From assembly GCA_963785305.1 (NCBI GenBank), contig CAWAUV010000008.1:1056001-1120000 (forward strand): a stretch of DNA of 64,000 nt, read 5' to 3'. Position 1 is the first letter of the stretch. The number at the start of each line of letters is the position of its first letter. The notes beneath the pieces are model-generated. The model was given only the letters and a program-made list of their open reading frames with translations. It had not been told where the DNA came from and searched no databases. Origin of the DNA: an uncultured Planctomycetaceae bacterium (lineage in GTDB: Bacteria; Planctomycetota; Planctomycetia; Pirellulales; PALSA-1355). Position numbers and translations under genes: made by a program. Shown piece after piece: positions 33,014-46,887 of this stretch.

Positions 33014-36000
33014 TTAGCTTGTCTTCACGGTGCGCGCCGCGGCTACGTCGGCCGCGATCGTGTCGAGACCATCGGCGTCTTCGCCATCGGTGTCGCTGCC
33101 TAAAAACATCGACAAACTCACGGTCGAGTTCGGCGCCGATCGCGCTGCCGAGCTGGCGTTCGTGGTCGCGGCCGAGTCCGAGTCGCTTGTCGAGTGATAC
33201 TGCGCAACGGCCGCGACCCAGGCATTCGAGCTGAACGACGCGCTCGCGCTCGTCGGCGCCGCCGTGGAAATCGATACGAGGCCGACCGTCGCCGTGCTCG
33301 CAACGGAGTTGCTCGTCACTGGGTTGCTCACGGCGGGGCTGCTCACGGCGGAGTCGCTCGCCGGAGCGCTGGCCGCGCTCGATGAGTTGCCGCTCGCGGC
33401 GGCGAAGGCCATGACCGGCGTCGACGTGGCCGTTGTCGCGACGGCGGGGTTCGACGAAGTGGGAGGCTGGACGTTGAGGTATTGAATTTCGAGCAGCACA
33501 TCGGTGGCCGACAACAGACCATCGCCATTGACGTCGTAGTAATCGGGCGGAGGCGACGGCGCCGGCAAGGGCAGCACGTTCGTCGGGAAGAGATCGTTGT
33601 TGATGGCTTCGATCAAGACGAGCGCGTCGATCGGACCGACGACGCCATCGTGGTTCACATCGTATTTGTTCGTTGGGTTCTGCCAGGAACTGGTCGAGCC
33701 GGAGCCGCTGCCGCCGCCGCCGGAGGAACCGGAGCCGACGGTGATCGTAAACGTCGTGGCTCCGGTCGTGGAGTTGTTGGCCCGCAGGGCGTTGCCCGCC
33801 AGGTCGGCGATGCCGGTGGGGGAGTTGTTGAGCGTGATGACATAGGCGCCCGCGGCCCAGACACCGGTGGCCGGTGTGAAAGTGGCGGTTTCGGTGTTGG
33901 TGTTGAATGTATAGATGTAATTCGTGGGCGAGACGAGCGTCGCGCCATTGAGCGTGATCGTGAAGTCGGAGGCCGACACGGTGGCGTTGTTGACGCCCAC
34001 GCCGGAACCATCGGAAAGCTGAATCTGGAACGTGCTCGGCACGCTCGAGCCGCTCACGGTGACGCTGGTCTGGCCGTTTGCCGCGGGGGTCACGAGCGAC
34101 GCGCCGGGTCCCACGAAGTCGGCGCGCTCGATCGCGCCGATGTCGACATAGGCGTTTTGGCCCGAGCCAGGCGAGTGCGTGACGTTCAGGTCCTCGACGC
34201 GCGACACGCCATTGCGGTCGGTCGATGGCGCGAGAATGTTGGATGTCGTGATTCCCAACGTGTTCTCGACCGCCACCATCGTGGGCCGGTCTTGGAGGCT
34301 ATTTTGGGCGGCGTCGATCGCCTTGGAACCCTCGGCCAGATAAAAATCGCCCGCCGAGGGATCGACGAACAGCGGGGCGCTCGGGGCGAGCGTGATCGCA
34401 CTGGTTCCGATCGAGCCGTTGGCCGTATTGCCTTGGAACAGGTTGTAGCCGAGCACGGTTCCAGCGGCGTTGCTCGAGCCATCGACATAAATGCCGGTGG
34501 CGCTGTTGGCCACGATGTTGTTGAGCACGGTGGGACTCGCGGCCCCGATGATGTCGATGCCGACGCCACGGGCCGTGGCGCCGCCGTAGATCGTGTTGTT
34601 CACGATCCGACCAAACGGCACCGCCCCGGCAGTGCCGCTGGTCGTGGTGAAGTTCGAGATCGAGGCCGCGCCATTGACCTGCACATAGGGGCCGTCGAGC
34701 GACACGGTCACGTTGAGGCCGCTGGCGTTGATCGCGTTGGCGATGTCTTGGGCAATCTGGTCCGCGTTTTCCGTGCCCGTGATCTTGATTCCCGTGTCGC
34801 CGGCGGTGAGCGTGACGACGATCAGGAACTCGAAGGTCACGGTCTTCGTTCCATCGCTCACGGTGAAGGTTTCGCCATCGGTAACGCCGGAGCCAGCCGG
34901 AGCGGTGAACGAAAGATTGCCCGGATCGCCGGCGAATTTGATGCCTCCCTGCACATTGTTCGCCAGCACGTTGTTTTCGATGGCAATGCCCGGCACGAGA
35001 TTTCCCGAGTCGGTCGTCGGCAGATTTCGCACTCCGCCCGCGGCCGGATTGTCGGCCGACGCGCGCGCGCCGGGGCCTTCATAGATCCCATAGTCGAGCG
35101 AATTCGTGATCGTATTGTCTTGGATCAGGGTGTAGCCCTGCGTGCCCACATTGAGCGTGTCGCCATAGAGGGGAATGCCGTCGAGCGCGTTGTACTGATA
35201 CAAGGTGATCTGCGTGGAACCGCCGGGAGCATAGATCAAACCTTGCCAGTTGACGAATTGTTGGCCGGTGAGGGCCACGATATCGTTTTCGGGATTGGCC
35301 GTGACCGCGAGTCCCGATCCGGCGATCGTGTCGGCGATTTCCTGAGCGACCGTGGCGCTGGAATCGCTCGGATTGTAGACCACATAGTAGACGGTCGCGG
35401 AGTTGGGCACCCAGGCCGGCAGCGCCGGCACGGTGACATCGAGCGCGCTCAGGAACTGAAAATAGACCGTGTTGGTTCCATCGCCGATTTCAAAAACGCT
35501 GCCATCAACGATGCTGGCTCCAGATGGGGCGGCGAGATAGTTGAAGCCCGATATCTGCTCCACGTTGCTGACGCTGACCACGCCGCTGGAAGTCGAGGCC
35601 GTGGCGCCCTGGCCGGCGCCGTTGATCGCCGCCGCGATTTCCTGGGCAACGGTGGTCGCGGAATCGGAAGTCGAATATTGAATGCCGATGTACGCCGTGC
35701 TGGTGGTTTTTTGACCACTCAAAAGGAACTGGAAGGTCGTGGTAGTGTTCGTGCCCTGGAGTTGAAAGGTTTGGTAATCGGTGATCGAGCTGCCGGCGGA
35801 TGCGGTGATCGAAGTGCTCGAACCGAGCACTTGCACGGCGTTGAAAAGATCGACGATCGCACCCGACCCGACTTGTGTCGCCGACACGCTGAATCCCGCG
35901 GAGTTGATCGCGGCCGCCATGTTCGCGGCGACCTGACCAGCCGTCTCGTTCACATTGAATGGAATGGCAATAATGCCTGCCGCGGCGGAGCCGGAGGTGC

Positions 36001-39000
36001 TGAACTGGAATGTCTGGGTCGTCAAGCCATTGCTAATGGTGAAGGTCTGGCCGTTGACGGTATTCGCCCCCGAACTGGCCGTGAGCGAGAAGGCGGCGGT
36101 CAAGCGGGCATTGATATCGAATGTTTCGGCCAGCGTGATGCCGCCCGTGGTCGATCCGTTGGACATCGACGGGGTGGCGTATTCGCTGCCGCGCTGGATC
36201 TCGAGCTGATAATCGCCACTGTACACCTGCTTGGCGCTCCCCTTGGGCAAGGGAGTGCTGAACGCGGTGGTGGTGTTCGCCGGGGCGTCGGTCACCATTT
36301 CGCCACGACCGGCGAGCCCAACGATCAGGTCGTCGAGGTATACGCCTTCGTAGTTGTTGTTCTGGTTGGCGAGGGCGCTGTTTTTCGTGCCGGCCACTCC
36401 GAATTGATCGCCCGGTAACGAATTCGAATAGGGCAAGGTGCTGGAATCGATCGTGTTGCCGATCACGTCGATCGTGGTGGCGCCGGAAAGCATTTCGAAG
36501 ATCGCGCCCGTTGGATCCTTGGCGGTGGTGATCGTGAAAGTCGTGCCGGTGCTTACGGAACCGGTGACATCGATCACGGTGGGCGGCGAGTTGGGTCCCA
36601 GCGCGAGCCCGCTACCCGAGTTCAAGGCGAACGTGGTCGCGCCTCCGGAGAGCGTCACATCGGTTCCATTGGTGACCTTGGCCGTAATTCCCAGCGCTGT
36701 ATCGCCATTGATCGCGGCGGCGATTTCGGCGGCCACGGTCGCGGCCGAATCGGTGGAACTGAAAGTGATGCCGGTATCGCCCGCCGCGGGCGCCGGGCTC
36801 ACCAGTTTCACCGCGGTGAGGATCGATGGCGTGGGCCCCGCCGATGGCACGAGCGAATAATTGATCGCGTCGGCCAGCGCGAGCGCCACGTCGCTGGCGG
36901 TGGAGTTGAACGTGATCGCGACATTTCCGGTCGGAGCCGTCTCGAGCGAGAGCCCGGCGCCGGCGCCCAGCGTAAGGGTCGCGAGTGCCCCCGCGGCGGC
37001 CGGCAACAACTCGACCCGGTTGTCGTAGATCAGCGCGGTTACACCGGTCTTGGCGGAATTCGTATCGATCGCGGCTTGAATTTCGGCGGCGACCGTGGCG
37101 GCGCTATCGGTGACCGAATAGGGAATCGCGATATTGCCGGCGGTCGCGGAGCCTGAAGTCGTCATCTGGAAAGTGACGGAACCGGCCGCGCCCGTGACCG
37201 TGAACGTGGAGTTATTGGAAAGATCCCCACCATCGATCGTGTCGAGCACGTATCCGAGATTGAATTGCTCGGTGGCGCCGCTCACCGTGACTTGGTCATT
37301 GTTTGTGAGGAGATAGCCGGGCTCGGCGGTGATCGTCGAACCCGCGGTTTGAACATTGCCAATGCTCATCGAGCCGGCGCTGCTGAAATCGAAGGCCAGT
37401 TCAAGATTGCTGTCGCCGGCGTAGTCGCCCAGATCGATTCGCGCTTTGCGCCATGTGCCGGTGTTGTTGAACAGGGGCTGCACATTTTGATCGGCGGCCT
37501 CGCCGAGGTACGTCCCGCCCTCGGCGGTAATGGTGGCCGGCAATTCGCCATTGGGCGCCGCGGTCGCGGCGGCCGTGTTCACGAGACTGTTGTTCGTGGC
37601 GATTTCGTTCCAGGAGCCGCCGCCATTGGCCGAAATGTAAACGCGGAAAGTGTCAGTCGCCGCGTTGCTCGCGGGACTGTCGGTATTGAGGTAGTAATCG
37701 AAGTACAACGTCGGCAGGTCGCCGGTCGAGTAATCGGCCAAGCTGAATGTGCCCGTGGTCAACTGCCCCGTCGCGCCGCCCGGCAGGTTAATGGTCTGAT
37801 AGACCGAGGGATTCGTGGCGTAAGCCGCCGCGCCGGGCTGCGCCTGGCCGGGGACCGGAGTTTGGTAACCGCTATCGAGACCGAAGTAATAATCCGTGTT
37901 CGCGGTCGGTGTCGTCGTGGTCGTTGTCGTCGTCGTGCCTCGGCTCGTCACGTTATCGGGGCTCGGATTCACGCTGTTGCCGGTGTCCGTCGATTGGCCG
38001 GTCGAACTGATGTGCCACAGGTTGTAGTCGAGTGTGGAAAAGGCCACGCCGGTGAGGCCAGTGATGCCGGTGGCGACGCTCGTCGCGCCATTGCTAAAGA
38101 TCGGCTGCAACACGCCGGTCGTGCTCAAGGCATAGACATTTCCCTGCGAATCCGTGGCGAAGAGCATGTTGGCGTAGGCGCCGCCCTCGACATCGGGCGG
38201 GCCCGCGGTGAGACCGCTGAAACTGATCGGTGCGCCGAAGTTCGTAACCGTGGTGACCAGCGAGGCGATATTCTTGCCGGTGGCGTTGGGGTTGATCGTG
38301 TAAAGACTGCCGCCGCTGCTCACGGCGTAGAGCGTGCCGCCCACGTCGGCCATGCCGGTGATTGTGCCGCCGGCGCCGGCGCCGGAGAACGCCAAGGTGG
38401 TCGCGGCGGGCGAGAAGGTGATCGTGGGCGCCGTCGCGGCCGTGAGCACGACCTGACCGTTGTTGGCCGTCGCCGTGACGCCGAGTCCGGTCTGTCCGTT
38501 GATGGCCGCCGCCAAGCTGGCGCCGATCGTCGACGCCGAGTCGCCGGCGCCGAATTTCACTTGCACATCGCCGGCCAAGACCCCCGTGTCGGCGGGCGAG
38601 CCGCTCACATTGTCGTTCTGACTGATGAATGGCGAGTACACATTGCCGGGCAAATTCTGGAGCGGAAACGTCGATGTCGCCTGAGTCGCTCCGCCGAACG
38701 TAATGCGGTCGTTGGCATAACTGGCCGTGACACCGATGCCGGCGCCATTGACCGCGCTTGCGATCGCGGCGCCCATCTGGGCCACGGTGTAGCTCTCTTG
38801 GAAATTCACCGCGGTGTCGCCGCCGGGCACGGTGAAGCTTCCCTGTTGGCTGAGGCCGGCCGCCGAGGCGATCGACAGCGCGCTATCGCCGGTCAACGTG
38901 ATCCGACTGCCGTTGACGCCGGCCACGACCAGTCCGCCGGCGGCGTTGATCGCCGTTTGAATCGCGGTGGCCATCTCGGCTTGCGCTGTAGCCGCTGAAG

Positions 39001-42000
39001 TAATTGATGACGTTGTAGCCGGTCGTGTTCACGACGCTCGAACCCGGATCCTTATCGACGAAAATGAACGACTCGGTGTTATTGTTGGTGTCGGTGATCG
39101 TGAAGGTGCTGCCATTGACGAACGAAGTGCCGGCTTGCGCCACGAGCACCGGACCGCTATGGAACTCAAACGTCTTGCCGTCGACGACGAATGTCTGGCC
39201 ATCGCGCGTGTTCACGCCGCCATTGGGATCGAGATTCAGGTCGGGCCCGCTGTCGAATTCGAACGTTGTCCCGTTGATCGTCACCGTTTCGCCATCGACG
39301 ATATCGTTGGCCGAGGTGGCGGTGGTCGTCACTCCGGGCGTGGCCGCGCTGACCGTGATCGTCGGCGCGGTTTGCACATAGCCGATCGGCGTGGCGTTCG
39401 TCGGCGGGACGACGGTGCCGGGAACGGCGTCGGTCGAGGCGCCCGAGTTCGGATCCATCGCGTAGAGCAGATTCGAGGTCACGACGCCGGCGACCGTGTC
39501 GTTGTTGACGCTGCCGATCACATAGAGCGAGCGAGTCGTGGAACCCTCGGCCTGCACGTAGGCCATTGCATTGACATTGAAGCCGGTATTGATGGCGGTG
39601 ACACTGCCGTTGACGACGCCCTCGGTCAAGAGCCCATCGTTTCCAATGGTCGTTTCGGCGCCGGTGGCGGTGCTGATTAGCGTGTAGTTGTCGGCGGAGT
39701 CGACGCCTCCGGTGGTGTACGTGTAAAGTTCGCCATCGTTGCGCATGGCGATGTCCTGGATCCCGCCGCCGACCGCGCCCACCGTGCTGAGCGTGGCGCC
39801 GGTCAGGGGATCAACCGTGTAGAGATTGCCGCTCGTGTTGACATACATCACCACGTTGCCCAGGTTGTAGGGCGTGGGCGTCAGGTCCAAAGTCTGCGCG
39901 GGCGTGGCGGTGTCGCCTTGGTTTGAATTGCCGACCTGATCCTCGGCCACGCGGGCCACGGAGTCGACCGGCTCGATGCGAGTCAGCGGATCGGTGGCCG
40001 TCGCGTTGAAGGTTCCGTCGAGCGCGGAAGGCAACATGTCGGCCGGTAGGACTTCGACATAATACGTTTGGGCGACCGGCAACTCGACGGCGCCGATGAA
40101 TGGATCGGCCCCGACCGACCCGGCCTGCAGATTGCTCAAATTCGTGCCCGAACTGTTCGTGGCTTGGTTGTCCGCCACGCTATCCGATCCGCGGCCGATG
40201 TATTCGAGCGTGCCATCGCTGCCGTAGACCGCGAGCATCGTTTGAGCTTGCGTGAGGCCATCGGCATACGAGATTTTGAACATCGTGGGCCATTCGAGTC
40301 CGGAATCTTGACCCGAAATGAGCTGCACGAGATCGTAATTGACTTGGAATTCGTACCAACTCGCCGAACTCAGATTGCCCGCCACCGAGAGCTGCGCATT
40401 GGGAGTGTCGAGCAGGTTGCCCAGGTTTTGGGCCGTGGCCATCGTGGTGTTCGTGCCGATCGAAACCGTGCTGCCGACCAGCGGCGAGCTCGAGGGCTGG
40501 CCCAGCACCTGCACGCCGTTGGTCGCGTAGTTGATATCGGCGTATTCGACCGTCGAGCCCGGGAATTGATAGGTCGAAGTAAGACGGACTTGCAACTGGT
40601 AGCTGCCCTCGGACTGGCCACCGGCGAGATTGGTCAAATTCGAGCTGACGCTGCGCACGCGAATGTAGTAGGTGTTGCCCCCGGTCGCATTGGTCGGCAA
40701 CACCACCGAAAAACCGGCGTCCTTGTCGTTGGTCGAATAGAAATCCGGCGAATCGAGCGGACCCTGCATCAAAGGTTGCGCGAGGCCCACATATTGCATC
40801 GTGTACGATTGGGTCGCCGCGTTGAAGAGCTCGTAAGCCTGGGCCAGCACCGAGCCGTTGGCGTCGACCAATTCCACGACCGAGGCGAGCGCCGCCGAGG
40901 TGCGATCGAGGCCGACCCAAATCTGCGTGCCGGCGGTGGCGGTGAAGCTGTAAACATCGACATCGCTCGGATTGTAAAGCGCGCCTTCGACCTCGAAGCC
41001 AAGCCGGTTCGTGTTGTCGCCCGAATTCGTGTTCGCGGCCAAGGCGCCTAGTGGCTGGGCGGTCGCGGGCGTGTTGTAGGGGGAGCCATTGCTCTGGAGC
41101 GCTTGATTCACGAGCGCGAAATTGTTGTCGTTGCTGTTCGCATCGATCAGCACACTGTTCCAATCGCCCGGCGTGGGGGTCGCCGTGGGATTGTTGCCGG
41201 TCATGTCGTCGGGAGCGCCCGTGGGCGTGAGGCCGGCGCCGACCGTGTTGTCGTTGAGCGAAGTGAGAATCACCGGGTACGTGGGATTGCCGATGATATC
41301 CACCGAGCCGCCGATCGGGTCGTTGATGTCGCCGGTTTCGCCGGTGGCGGTGAAGCCTGCCGTGGCGCCGAGCAGCTTGACGACAAGGCTGGCCGAGGAA
41401 CTGCTCTGAATGCGCAGGCCGCCATAGGTGTCGACATTCGGCACGGTGATCTGGCTCTCGACCACATAGACGATGCTCGTCTCGTCGAAGATCACCTCGG
41501 TCGTGAGAATACCGCCGCGAACGAGCAGGCCGTTGATCGAATTGTTGGCGAGCATGTTGCCAGTGATCAAAGCGCCGGTGTTGGCGATGAAGGTCTGCCG
41601 CGAGAGCGTGGAGCCATCCGGGCTGTAAGAGAAACCCGTGCTGCGGCCCCAGTCGTCGACCAGATCGGAATTCAGCGAATTCACATCGATGCTGATCGCC
41701 GCGCCGGCATTGTTCTCGATGGTGTTGTCGAGCAGCACCGGCTGGGCGCCCAGCACATAGATCGTGGCGCCATCTGCGCCGCCCGCGTTATTTTCGAAAG
41801 TGCTATCGGCGATGCGCACGCGGGCCTGATCGATCTCGATCGCGTCGTAATTCTGGTAGCCGCCCTGAACCGCCGTGGCGCCGCCGGCATACATCACCGA
41901 GACATAATCCAAACTGCCCGTCGAGACCGCGTCGAAGATGAGGCCGCCCCAATCGGCTTCGCTCGGCGCCGTCGTCACCAGATGGCCCTCGGTCATGAAG

Positions 42001-45000
42001 GAGCCGCCGGCGCCGTAGGTGTCGTCGTTGAGCGATGTGAACACGATCGGCTGGGCGCTCGTTCCCTCGGCGATCAACTGGCTCGTGCCGACGGTCGTTT
42101 CAATCCGCGAATTGAGCAGCTTGACCACGACGCCCGGTGAGATCACGAGGCTACCCGCCACCACGGCCTGGTAGTTGCCCGAGGAGTTCACCATCACCGA
42201 GCCACCCGGCATGCCGTCGATCAGCAAGTTCTCCGTGAGCACATAGGTGATGCTCGGATCATCCCACCCGGCGGGCATCGTGAGCTCGGTCGTGAGCCCG
42301 CTGGCGAGCGTGGCAATGTTGATGAACATGCCATTGATGGAGTTGTCTTGAGTGATTCCCTTGATGACTTCGCTGAGCACGTTGCCCTGGATATTGGGTC
42401 CCACGCGCGAGTAGTTGGCGGTGTAGGTCGAGGTCTGGAAGTAGACATCGGCAAACGCGTTTGGATCGGCCTCCATGGCCGCGTTGGCGCTGTCGAGAAT
42501 CGTGTTGTTGGTGATGCTGGGCTGCGTGTCGATGATGTCGATCGGATCGAACACCGAGGACACTGAATTGACCGACACCAAGCCGCCGCCATAGGTGATC
42601 GTCGCCTGATTGACGGAGTCGAGAAAGACGCCGTTGGCTTCGTGGTCGGCGTCGCTATAAAAGACGACGCCGCCCCAGTTGCCCGCCTGCGCGGCCGGAT
42701 GCACGGCGCCATCCGAAGCGCCGACCGAGGTATTGTTGTAGCTCGTGAGAACCACTTGGTTCGTGGGCGTGCCCAGCACTTGCAGCGCGCCGCCCGCGTG
42801 ATTCACGCCCTGCGAAACGGTGCCGACATTGATATTGGCCGAGCGGAACTTGAGAATCGCTCCGGCGTCGATCATCACGGTCACGCCGGCCGGCACATCC
42901 ATCGTCGAACCATCGGAAAGCACGGCGCCGGTGCTATCGGTGGCGAAGCCGATCTCATAGGCTTCGTTAAGCGAGTTGCCCTCGATGCGCACGATCTTCC
43001 CCGGCGTCGCCGCGGCGAGCGCGGTGGCGATGTTCGTATACGGATTCGTGATCGAACCCGCGGGTCCCGAAGTCGTGGCCGGAACCATCTTGTCGACGAA
43101 GATCGTGTTCGCCGGCGTGGTGCTGTTGGTCCAGGTTTCCGTTTGGAACCAGAAGTTGTAAAGTCCGCCGGGCGTTTGGTTGCCATCGCCATCGAAGAGC
43201 ACTCCGGCCGCGTCGGTCAGGCCCGCGGTCTCGGTGGGCGTGAAGACGATTTCGAGCTGGTAGTTGCCCTGGGTCGTGCCGCCGCCGCCGCTGTCTTGGA
43301 TCGTGGGATCGTAGGCGTCGTTGCCGATGCTGCTCACGCCCACATAGTAAGTGCCTGGCCCCAAGGTGAGCACCACGTTCGAATCCGTGCCGTAGTACCG
43401 CTCGTCCTCGGCGATCTGCACCCCGGAGCTATTGAACACGCGGAGCACCGTTTGCAGCGTGCTCGGCGTCGCCAGCCGCTGGGCCAAGGTCTCGAGTTGC
43501 ACCGTGCCGCTTTGCGCCAGCGTGAACTGAAACATGTTCACGTCTTTCACATCGGGCGCCATGATGTACTGGCCGTTGGCGATATCCACATTGCCTGGAA
43601 AGGTCGGCTCGACCGGGGCCGTGTTGCCATCGAACGCCGCCAGCGAGGTGGTGGAAGCGCCGGTGCTTTCGGAGCCGCCGTTCATGATCGTCAGCGGCGG
43701 GGCGGTGTCGTCGTGAAAGAGACCGAGCGCGTGGCCGATCTCGTGGAAGGCGATATCGAACCAAGCGCCACCCATCGCGTTATCGCTGGATGAATTAATA
43801 TAATACTGGTTCACCAGCGCGATCCCGCCACCTTCGATGCCGCCGACCGCCGTGGGGTCGATATTCGGATCCACATCCGTGGGATTGCCGGTCACGATCG
43901 TGAGCCCGCTGCTGGGCGTGAGCACGAAATCGACGCCCAGGTAATTGCCCCAGAGACTCATGATCTCCTCGGCGTCGAGCTCTTGCTGCGGCGAGATCGA
44001 GTTGTATTCGGGCGTGCCGGCGGCGGTGTAGCCCACGATCTTTTGGAAGTTGTAATCGAATTCGGGAACCGCCGTGCCGCCCGAGTCGGCGCCGATCGGC
44101 ACTTGGTCTTCCTCGGTCTTGGGAATCAAGCGATGGCCCGGCTCGAGCGCGGATCCGGGATACTGGAGAAAATCCTGCACCGGATCGGTGGCGTTGCTGA
44201 TCGACAGCGGCACGACCGTGCCCGAGCCGGCGACGCTATAGCCACTGATGATCTGGCTCGTGGTGGCCGAACCGGTTCCGATCGCGCCCAGGTTGTAAGC
44301 GGTGGAGAAGCTCGAGCCGGTGGCGGTGTAGATATTGGCCGTGCTAGCCGAAACCATGACCGGGGATTGGGTGGCGCGGGATCGAGCGGCGTGTTGTCGC
44401 CCACCTGGAGCCGCCACGTGGCCGCGTTCGTGAGCACTCCCGAGGCAAAGGTCAGCACCACTTCGTTATTCGTCGCGGAATACACGGCCGAAGTGGGGTT
44501 GTACATCACCTGGCTCGCCGAGACGAGCGTGTTGTTGGTGTTGATCAACTCGTAATTCGAAACATTTTGGGCCGAGGCCGTGTTGAGCAGATCGTTGTTG
44601 AAATAAACATCGATCACATTGGGCGATTGGCTCAAGGTGGCGTTCGTGCCGGTCGTGGTGCTCGTGACCGGCTGCGGAACGACGGCCGTCACCTGGGCGC
44701 CGAAGTCGACGACGAAGTTGGTCGTGCTCGTGCCGCTGAATGCCGTGCCGCTCGTGTTTTGCAAGCTGCTATTGACCACCACTTGATACGAGCCATCGCC
44801 CAGCGCCTCGGCGAATCGCACCACGACTTCGTTCGTGTTCACGCTGTCGACCGTCATCGAGCCGGGCGTGATCGTCACCGGAGCGGCGAGCGGCGAATCG
44901 GCGCTGGAAACCTGCGTGATCGTGATTCCGGCGGCCAGCGTCGAGGCCTGGATCGCCTGACCGCTTTGAAAATTGAACGTCAACTGGGTGGGCGCGAAAT

Positions 45001-45214
45001 TGATCGTTTCGCCGCTGGTGAGCACGGCGCCCGTGTTGGGAATGATGGAAATCAACTGCGGAGCAGTCGCGGCAAAGAGCAGCCGCTCCTCGCAGGGCTC
45101 GAGCGCGAGCATCGGCCGCGTCAGTCCCGCCGCGGCGCGTGATCGAAGTCGATTTCGGATCGGTTTGTTGACTCGACGCGCAGCATGAAGGTCGAAAATC
45201 CGCCAAGTTGCCAT
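33014..45214 (-). CDS. Giant secreted surface protein (about 4060 aa) with a metzincin protease, PPC-like, beta-helix, repeated 'AAAIN' and C-terminal dockerin domains; frameshifts near 44365 and 38975
   Basis: LEPCEERLL; HEIGHALGLFH with TIMN Met-turn; GTYYVGVSS; DVDVYSF; NNTI/NNIV; WQNPTNKYDVNHDG and YYDVNGDG. Confidence 0.85.
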
Positions 45215-45962
45215 GCGAAAGGGTCCTGCAAAATTTATGGCGACGCGCCAGGAAGTGGCGCTCGATCGACTCGCGAATGCGCGACTCGATCGGCCGCTCG
45301 ATTCCGCGAGCCTCGCCGTTCCGGGACGAGACTCGGCGGACCACGCGCCGCGGTTTTCCTCTTCAAAAGAACATTCAGCCCGATACGAATCGGGATCGGT
45401 TCAAAACAATTTCGTTAGACGCTGTTCCGGTCGAATCGGTTCCCGGCGCCAACGCGGGATGCGCTGGATCATGATGCCTGATTATCGTTAGCGATACGCG
45501 GAAACACAATTCCCATGCCACCTAAATAACCCATTTTAACAGAATGGCCCCGCTCCATGCGGTTGCCAATTCGCACTCAACATGGATGAAACAAACGAGT
45601 GCCAATAACGACCCGCGAGCCCTGCGGGCAAAGAAATTCCGCGCGCTCGCTCCGTGGACCTGTGGGCGATGGGGGGAAAAGCGAGCGCAATGCGGAGAAT
45701 CGTCTATTTAGGTTTAATTGGAGAAACTCGCCGTAGCAATACCCCGGCCGTGTAAATCGCATAATTTTCCTGAATTGCGGGAGCTACGCATCGGGCGCCG
45801 CGCCGATCCCGCCGCGTCTCGCCGCGATTTTCTTGACCCGACCGCCGATTCCGGTAGAGTATTACAACCGCGCGTGTCGATTCTCGACGGCGCGGTGCGC
45901 TCACCACACCGCGATCCGCCGGCCACATTTATCCAGCCGCCGCAATCAGGAACCCTTTCGCC

Positions 45963-46700
45963 ATGGCCATGAACGACAATCCGTATCAATCCTGGGGACA
46001 AAACGACGCGGCGTCGCTGGTTGCGGCCCATGCGCGGGGCGATGCCCGCGCCGCCTTCATTCGCCGCACCTACTTGCATCTAACCGGCGCGATCTTCGCA
46101 TTCGCCGCGCTCGAGGCCGTGTTGCTCAACACGCCGGGCATCGAAAATCTGGTGGCGCTGATGTTCGGCGGGCGGTGGAGTTGGTTCATCGTTCTCGCCG
46201 GCTTCATGGGCGTTTCGTGTCTCGCCACGAGTTGGGCCCGAAGCGGCGCCTCGCGAGCCATGCAATATGCCGGGCTCGGCTTGTATGTGGTTGCCGAGGC
46301 CGTGATTTTCGTGCCGCTGCTTTATCTTGCCCAGCGGCAGAGCCCGACGATTATTCCGTCGGCCGCCGTGCTCACGCTGGTGCTCTTTGGCGGCCTGACC
46401 GCGATCACATTCGTCACCCGGGCCGATTTCTCGTTCCTCGGCATGGGCCTGGGCATCGCCGGGTTCGTGGCGATTGGAGTTTGCGTTTGCAGCGCGTTGT
46501 TTGGGTTCAGTCTCGGCATCGTGTTCATCGGCTGCATGCTGGCGCTGGCCAGTGGTTACATCCTCTACGAAACCTCGGGGATCATGCGGCAATACCGCAC
46601 GGATCAAGACGTGGCCGCGGCCCTGGCCCTGTTCGCCTCGGTGGCGCTCTTGTTCTGGTATTTCGTGCGGCTGCTTTCGGTATTGAATTCGCGCGACTAA
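45963..46700 (+). CDS. Bax inhibitor-1/YccA family membrane protein
   Basis: RAAFIRRTYLHL, DFSFL and ILYETS motifs; multiple TM segments. Confidence 0.9.
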   Translation: MAMNDNPYQSWGQNDAASLVAAHARGDARAAFIRRTYLHLTGAIFAFAALEAVLLNTPGIENLVALMFGGRWSWFIVLAGFMGVSCLATSWARSGASRAMQYAGLGLYVVAEAVIFVPLLYLAQRQSPTIIPSAAVLTLVLFGGLTAITFVTRADFSFLGMGLGIAGFVAIGVCVCSALFGFSLGIVFIGCMLALASGYILYETSGIMRQYRTDQDVAAALALFASVALLFWYFVRLLSVLNSRD

Positions 46701-46887
46701 GGAACGGAAAATCGCTTCCGGATTCGCCGCTCCTCGCCGCGGCCACGAGCCGGAAGCGCCCGCGAACGCCCCCGCGAAGCGGAGACCTTTCGCTTGCGAT
46801 CGGGCTTATGGTTTTTTTGACGGATAAATCGGCCGTTCGGAGCGGCGCGGCTTGCGAGCGCGTCGCGGCGGGGATCGTGGAATCGCA

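Noticed and set aside
29631..43793. Long plus-strand ORFs such as 33482-36418, 29631-31523 and 37265-38998
   Set aside because: They are antisense shadows of the giant minus-strand genes caused by GC-rich codon bias, and their translations are Arg/Gly-rich without motifs.
45500..45615. Sigma54 promoter candidates upstream of the giant gene
   Set aside because: TGGCA elements are present, but the -12 box reads TTGT or is mis-spaced.
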